Below are positions 31,278 through 35,849 of a stretch of 35,849 nucleotides of DNA, in pieces. Where the stretch lies: assembly GCA_052055015.1 (NCBI GenBank), contig JBQJIT010000070.1; one strand, given 5' to 3'. The notes under the pieces are model-generated. The model was given only the letters and a program-made list of their open reading frames with translations, had not been told where the DNA came from and did not search any database. A program made the translations under genes and the position numbers. The stretch is from Malassezia furfur (Eukaryota). Position 1 is the first letter of the stretch. The number at the start of each line of letters is the position of its first letter.

Positions 31278-33012
31278 CTATACAGTGTATACTTTGATAC
31301 GGTCCTCGTACGTCTGCAGTGTCGCAGGCGTAAGCGAGGCAATCTCGTCTAGCAGCGCAGGGAGGAACGTGCCCGGCCCACGCACGCCAGGCGCCTTGAC
31401 GGCGCGTTCGGCCGCGACAGTAAACGCAAACACGCCGAGTAGTGCGCCGACGAGAAGCTCACGGTGCGTGCGCGGCAGCGTTATGCGCTGCATGTCCGCC
31501 GATCCAAGCTGCACGCCGTAGATATGCATCGCACTCGCAAGGCCCGCTGCGACCATCACCCCAAGCGAGCACCCCGTCGCCGTCACGCGGCCGAGCAAGG
31601 GTGTCCCGCAGTGCGACTCGATCACGACCTCGCCATTCGTAAGATAGTCCACCTCTCCAGTGAGCAGCACCAGCGCGCCCTCCTGCATCGCAAGCTGCGC
31701 GGCAAGGTGCGCCGGACTCGACAGCGCGCCCACGCTGTCGACGCCTTGCGCCTGCGCCTCGGTAGAGCCCGCGAGCTTGCCAATCTCGGCGGCATTGCCC
31801 TTGATGAGCGTCACTTGCGTTTGGTTCAGAATGTCGTTCGCAACCTCGTAGCGGAACGGCGTCGCACCGACGCCCACTGGGTCCAGCACCACGGGCGTCC
31901 CGCGCGCATTCGCCGCTGGCCCCGCCACCGCCATGCCCTGACGCGCCTCGTTATTGATCGTCCCGATGTTGAGCACAAGCGCACGCGTCGCTTGACTCAG
32001 TGCCACGGCCTCCTCTGCCTCGTGGCTCATGATCGGGCTGGCCGAGAAAGCGAGCGCCACGTTGGCACTAAAGTACGACGAGACGTGCGACGTGATTGTC
32101 TGTACCAGCGTGCGAGGCACAGTGACGTGCGTGTCGTCTTCGGTGTGCGTCGTCGGATTGTACACGGTGTGGTGTGCCTTCAGCAGCGATGCCACCGCCG
32201 TAACCAGCTCGGCTGGGGCCGCAAACGGACTCGGCAGCGCGTGCGTCGTGAGCGACGACATTGCGATACGTGACGATTGCTCCGCCTGTGCTGCGCGGAA
32301 CGCACCGAGCGCCGCGTACAGCTCAGCGGCCGCCCGCCCTGGGTCGCGACGTGCAACAATCGCCGAAATCACCGCGAAACCGTCGGGTGCATTCTGCGAC
32401 GACGATGCGCCCATCATGGTGCGCATCACCGTGCGCAGGTTGATGCCACCGATCAGCACACATGGCATGCGCAGCCGCGCGCCGGGGGGGGCGTCCTGCT
32501 GCGACCGTGCGAGAGCCGCCACCGTCTCGCGCGCACCGTCGAGCATCATGACGTCGTCTTTGGTGACGCCGGCCTTGGACTGGGTGCCCCAGCATGGCCC
32601 GACCCCGGCATAGTCCGCATCACTGTCGAGCGCCGCACGCGCCTGCGCCGCATCGTGCACCGAGATGCCAATGAGGCGTCCCGAACCCAGGCGCCGGCGC
32701 GCCTCGGCCAACCGGGTATCGTCCTGACCAATATGAAGTCCAACGCGCTCGGGAAGTGCCGCAGCAACGTCCACGCTGTCGTTGATGACCATCGTCGCGC
32801 CATACTTGTCGCAGATCGTCAGCGAATCCTTGGCGATTTGGAGAAACTCGTCGTATTCAGCATCTTTTTCGCTGCGTCAGCGGCGCAACATACCGAATCT
32901 GCACAATCGACACATGCCCATCGCGCAGCGTCTCCTCGAGGCTCGCCAGGTAGGACACACCCTCGGGCAGCAGCTCGCGCCCCGTCACCAGGTACAGGCC
33001 GTACTCGGGCAT
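31278..33012 (-). CDS. THI6: Bifunctional thiamine-phosphate synthase / hydroxyethylthiazole kinase (ThiE-ThiM)
   Basis: YGLYLVTG, VQIREKD (across the 22-nt intron at 32872-32893), INDSVDVA and GLHIGQDD. ThiM part has ASPIMS, VVLDPVGVGAT, IKGNAAEI and VTATGCSLG. Confidence 0.95.
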
Positions 33013-33028
33013 CGTCGCGCACGGTTGT

Positions 33029-33038
33029 GTCACGTGAT
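33029..33038. promoter_or_regulatory. Palindromic E-box GTCACGTGAT (Cbf1/bHLH-type) in the divergent THI6/RSM18 spacer
   Basis: Exact motif near the middle of the 49-nt gap between divergent ATGs. The same GTCACGTG core occurs in the LYS2 spacer. Confidence 0.45.
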
Positions 33039-33061
33039 ATCATCGGCGCTCCTCTTCGCTC

Positions 33062-33703
33062 ATGCTTCGAAGCACCTGGAGCGCCGTCGCCGGCGTGCGC
33101 ATGGCGCGCGCGCCGCTCGCTCGTGCCCCGCTCATGCAACTGCGTCTAAAGAGCAGTAACGAGGGGCCCCAGAAGCCGCAGGCAGATGACTCTGCGCAGG
33201 CGAAACTCGACCAGCTCGCGAGCTTCCTCGAGAGCCAGCCCAAGGAGCAGCCAAAGCCCACGCCGCGCTCGCCCCGGGGCCAGACGCAGCGCCCAGCCAT
33301 GGCCGGTGCACGTCGCCAGGACCAGGTGGGACCGACCAAGACGTTCCAGAACGGCCAGTATTACGACCCATACACCCTCGACCCCACCAACATGACCTTC
33401 CAGCCACGCCGTCGTGCGCTGCCGCTGCTCGGCCCGTCGAAGCGCGAAGCGATGAAGCAGGACCCTATTCATATCCTCGGACTGAACCCGGCAAAGCCGT
33501 CTCTGGCCGACGACACCTACAAAAACGGGACACTGCTCTCGGAATACGTGTCGGAAATGGGCAAGATTCTGCCCCGCAACGTGACCGGCCTTACGCGCAA
33601 GAGCCAGCGGTATATTGGCAAGGCCATCCGCCGTGCGCGTGCACTTGGTATCCTGCCGGTCATGAGCCGCGGGCGCGGGTCCAAGGGTGGCGATTGGAGA
33701 TAG
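33062..33703 (+). CDS. RSM18: Mitochondrial ribosomal protein bS18m
   Basis: Arg/Ala-rich presequence and S18 domain YKNGTLLSEYVSEMGKILPRNVTGLTRKSQRYIGKAIRRARALGILP. Confidence 0.93.
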   Translation: MLRSTWSAVAGVRMARAPLARAPLMQLRLKSSNEGPQKPQADDSAQAKLDQLASFLESQPKEQPKPTPRSPRGQTQRPAMAGARRQDQVGPTKTFQNGQYYDPYTLDPTNMTFQPRRRALPLLGPSKREAMKQDPIHILGLNPAKPSLADDTYKNGTLLSEYVSEMGKILPRNVTGLTRKSQRYIGKAIRRARALGILPVMSRGRGSKGGDWR

Positions 33704-33704
33704 A

Positions 33705-34366
33705 TTAGTCGTCCTCGTCGTCCGCAGCTGCTGCCGTAGTCGGCCCCTCATGTTCAAAGTGTTCTTCGGGAAACGCATCCTCGTCCATCGCCATCTCGTC
33801 CGCGGCGTATGTATCCGGCGCTTCGTCCAGCACCGGCTGCGCCTCGACCTCGAGCGGCTCGACCTGCGCTTGTGGTGCAGGGAGATGGGTGATGACACAC
33901 TGCAAAATGTCGTCGATCTGCTCATCCGACATGCGTTGCCCAAGCTCTTCGACGAGCTGCGTAAGTACGTTGACGTACCGTGTGTAGCTCCACGACGCTC
34001 ATCGGCGCATGGTTGACCAGCTGCAGCCGCTCAGCCTTGGTCAGGCCCGGTGTGCCCTGCAGGATCTTGGCGTCGGACGGGGCATAGCCCTTGTCGTCCA
34101 GTGCCTTAAGAAACCCACTGATGTGGTGCGCCTCTTGTCGTGCACACGGTCGGTGCGCCTGCGAGAGCGATGCAATCGTCTGCGTTGGTGCATGCACGTA
34201 CCTCGAACTGGATGGTGCGGACATTGGGTGGCACGGCCTTCATCCACGCCTCCGCATCCTCGTTGTCCGATCGCGCAGCTTCGCGTTGCCGCGTCTCGGT
34301 GTCGCGCAGCAGCTGAAGCACCTCGTAATCCGACAGGAGCGCCGCCCGCGTCTTGACAATGCGCAT
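33705..34366 (-). CDS. RPC17: RNA polymerase III subunit C17/RPC9 (Rpb4 family)
   Basis: MRIVKTRAALLSDYEVLQLL and LTKAERLQLVNHAPMSVVELHTLVEELGQRMSDEQIDDIL after removing introns 34180-34201 and 33957-33978 (22 nt each). Confidence 0.92.
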
Positions 34367-34482
34367 CGTCGAAGAAATCGGCTTACGTACGCGACGCGCT
34401 CCGTATTGGGCGAATTTGCCGATGGGAAGTAAGTGGAGGGTGGCGCGCCGCGTTCCCCTCCACGCCGCCGACGCCGCACACC

Positions 34483-35849
34483 ATGGGCGACGAGGAGACG
34501 AAGCCCGCCAAGCCGCGGACGGGCCCCAAGTTCCGGAAGCCGCGTGTCAAGCTCAACTTTTCGCGCAACCTCGCGGGTGCGCTGACGAGCAACGATGGAC
34601 CCAAGACGAAGCCGTACATGCAGGGCTATGACCGCGAGCTCGACAGTGAGGACGAAGAGACGGGCGAGGGCATGGCGTTTGAAGAGCAGCTCATCCTGCG
34701 CCTGCCTGACGGCCCTGGCGTGAACGGCGAGCTGGACCAGCTGCGGAAGACGATCAAGAAGCGCGGCACGCTGCCCGACACCTGGTTCAAGTTCAAAGAC
34801 TCGCGGCGTGCCGTCTTCTACATCGGGGGGCAGCCGTACGCGGCCAAGATTGTTGATCTGCCGTGCATTGTAGAGTCGCACAAGACGCTCGACAACAAGC
34901 AGATCTTCAAGATTGCGGATATTTCACAGATGCTGCTCGTCGAGCGCCCCGTTGCGAACGAGAGCGAGGCGGTCGAAGCGGCGTCGTCGGCGACGCGCGA
35001 CGCGGGCCAGGCCAAGGCCGGCTTCAACGCGGACGACTATATATACCCCCACGGCATCACGCCGCCGATGCACTGGGCCCGCAAGCGGCGGTTCCGCAAG
35101 CGGATCCACAACCGCGGCATCGACACGGTCGAAAAGGAGGTCGAGAACCTGCTCAACGACGACCGCCGCGCCGAAAAGGTCGAGTACGAGTTTGTGGACC
35201 CTGCCGAGGCGGACGCGATCGAGGAAGAGATCGCCAACACCAAGTACGAGCAGGACGACATGGGCCCCGACGGCGATGACTCGCAGATGCACGGCTCTGG
35301 CGACGAGGACGACGGCGACAGCCGCCGCGGTGGCGACGACGACGACGAGAACGTCGACCAGGTGCTTGCCGCCGAGCTGGACGCAGCGCTTGCACGTGAG
35401 CAGGGTGGCGAGGGCGACGAGAGCGCGTCGAACAGCGACAACGACAATGACAACAGCGACGAGGAGCGCAGTCGGGCGGACAGCGATCTCGAAGACCTCT
35501 GGGACGACGACGAGAACGAGGACGGCGACGAGAACGATGAGAACGAGGCAGAGAACGAGGCAGAGAATGACGCCGACAAGGACGACGATGAGGGCGACGG
35601 CGAAGAGGAGGCCGAGCGCCGCGTGCGTGAGTCGCAGCTCGAGGCCGAGTGTCGCGAGATCGAAACAATGATCCGCCGCAAGCAGCACGACATCGACGCG
35701 ACGCTCAATGCGCTGATCAAGAGCCGCCACCAGCAGGCGCTGCGCAAGCTGCAGGTCGAGTTCGACTTGAAGAAGAAGCACCTGCAGGACATCAAGCAGC
35801 TGCGCCGCGCGATTCGCGAGGAGCGCGCGGCCGAGGCCGAGGAGGCCTC
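34483..35849 (+). CDS. TAF7: TFIID subunit 7, 3' end outside the window (absent from the ORF track because it has no stop)
   Basis: My translation from ATG 34483: GYDRELDSED, FEEQLILRL, FKFKDSRRAVF, AKIVDLPCIVESHKTLDNKQIFKIADISQML and YPHGITPPMHWARKRRFRKR, followed by an acidic tract and a coiled coil. Confidence 0.95.
   Translation, partial: MGDEETKPAKPRTGPKFRKPRVKLNFSRNLAGALTSNDGPKTKPYMQGYDRELDSEDEETGEGMAFEEQLILRLPDGPGVNGELDQLRKTIKKRGTLPDTWFKFKDSRRAVFYIGGQPYAAKIVDLPCIVESHKTLDNKQIFKIADISQMLLVERPVANESEAVEAASSATRDAGQAKAGFNADDYIYPHGITPPMHWARKRRFRKRIHNRGIDTVEKEVENLLNDDRRAEKVEYEFVDPAEADAIEEEIANTKYEQDDMGPDGDDSQMHGSGDEDDGDSRRGGDDDDENVDQVLAAELDAALAREQGGEGDESASNSDNDNDNSDEERSRADSDLEDLWDDDENEDGDENDENEAENEAENDADKDDDEGDGEEEAERRVRESQLEAECREIETMIRRKQHDIDATLNALIKSRHQQALRKLQVEFDLKKKHLQDIKQLRRAIREERAAEAEEA
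35539..35568 (+). repeat. 12-bp coding tandem repeat (GAGAACGAGGCA, 2.5 copies) in the TAF7 acidic linker
   Basis: Units at 35539-35550 and 35551-35562 plus GAGAAT. Confidence 0.75.

Noticed and set aside
32872..33061. TPP riboswitch associated with the thiamine gene THI6
   Set aside because: The only intron is 22 nt and the upstream gap 49 nt, so there is no room, and I saw no TPP aptamer core motifs.
6842..34366. Apparent frameshifts and split ORFs read as pseudogenes, programmed frameshifting or sequencing errors
   Set aside because: Every break coincides with a GTNNGY...branch...AG segment whose removal restores the frame, so introns explain them all.
34433..34463. 8-bp inverted repeat GTGGAGGG/CCCTCCAC and a nearby ATG-GGA-A/GTAAGT upstream of TAF7
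   Set aside because: A short stem is plausible by chance in GC-rich DNA. The GTAAGT has no branch/AG at the spacing used by every other intron here, so no upstream exon was called.
17730..35849. Functional clustering of transcription genes (TFC4, HDAC, RPC17, TAF7)
   Set aside because: They are interspersed with unrelated genes, which is compatible with chance in a gene-dense genome.
1..35849. Prokaryotic-type systems (CRISPR, defence islands, IS elements), tRNA/rRNA genes, transposons, or an alternative genetic code
   Set aside because: No repeat-spacer arrays, transposase/RT ORFs or structured RNA genes were seen, and the intergenic gaps are mostly too small to hold them. The standard code translates all conserved motifs correctly.

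Overview
Eukaryotic, gene-dense, GC-rich fungal DNA, most consistent with a Malassezia-like basidiomycete yeast (inferred from the protein families and compaction; no search was run). The window holds 22 mostly housekeeping genes: a 5'-truncated hypothetical, LYS2, a Tim17-like membrane protein, COA6, XAP5/FAM50, SUA5, an Srk1/Rck2 kinase, an unknown TM+NLS protein, a PDK/BCKDK-like kinase, UFE1, BUD23, EMC10, TFC4, a class I HDAC, MDP-1, PEX2, RIX1, SEC10, PSF3, THI6, RSM18, RPC17, plus a 3'-truncated TAF7 as a 23rd. No mobile element, rRNA, tRNA or CRISPR array was seen. The main signal is the splicing system. I reconstructed 30 GT-AG introns by hand, and 29 are only 21-25 nt (mode 22). The branch A lies at intron position 16-19, there is no polypyrimidine tract, and donor position +4 is never A. 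Every spliced model closes its reading frame, and most restore conserved protein motifs. Intergenic spaces are also very small: convergent stops can be 0-1 nt apart, tandem genes 10-35 nt apart, and divergent ATGs 44-76 nt apart.
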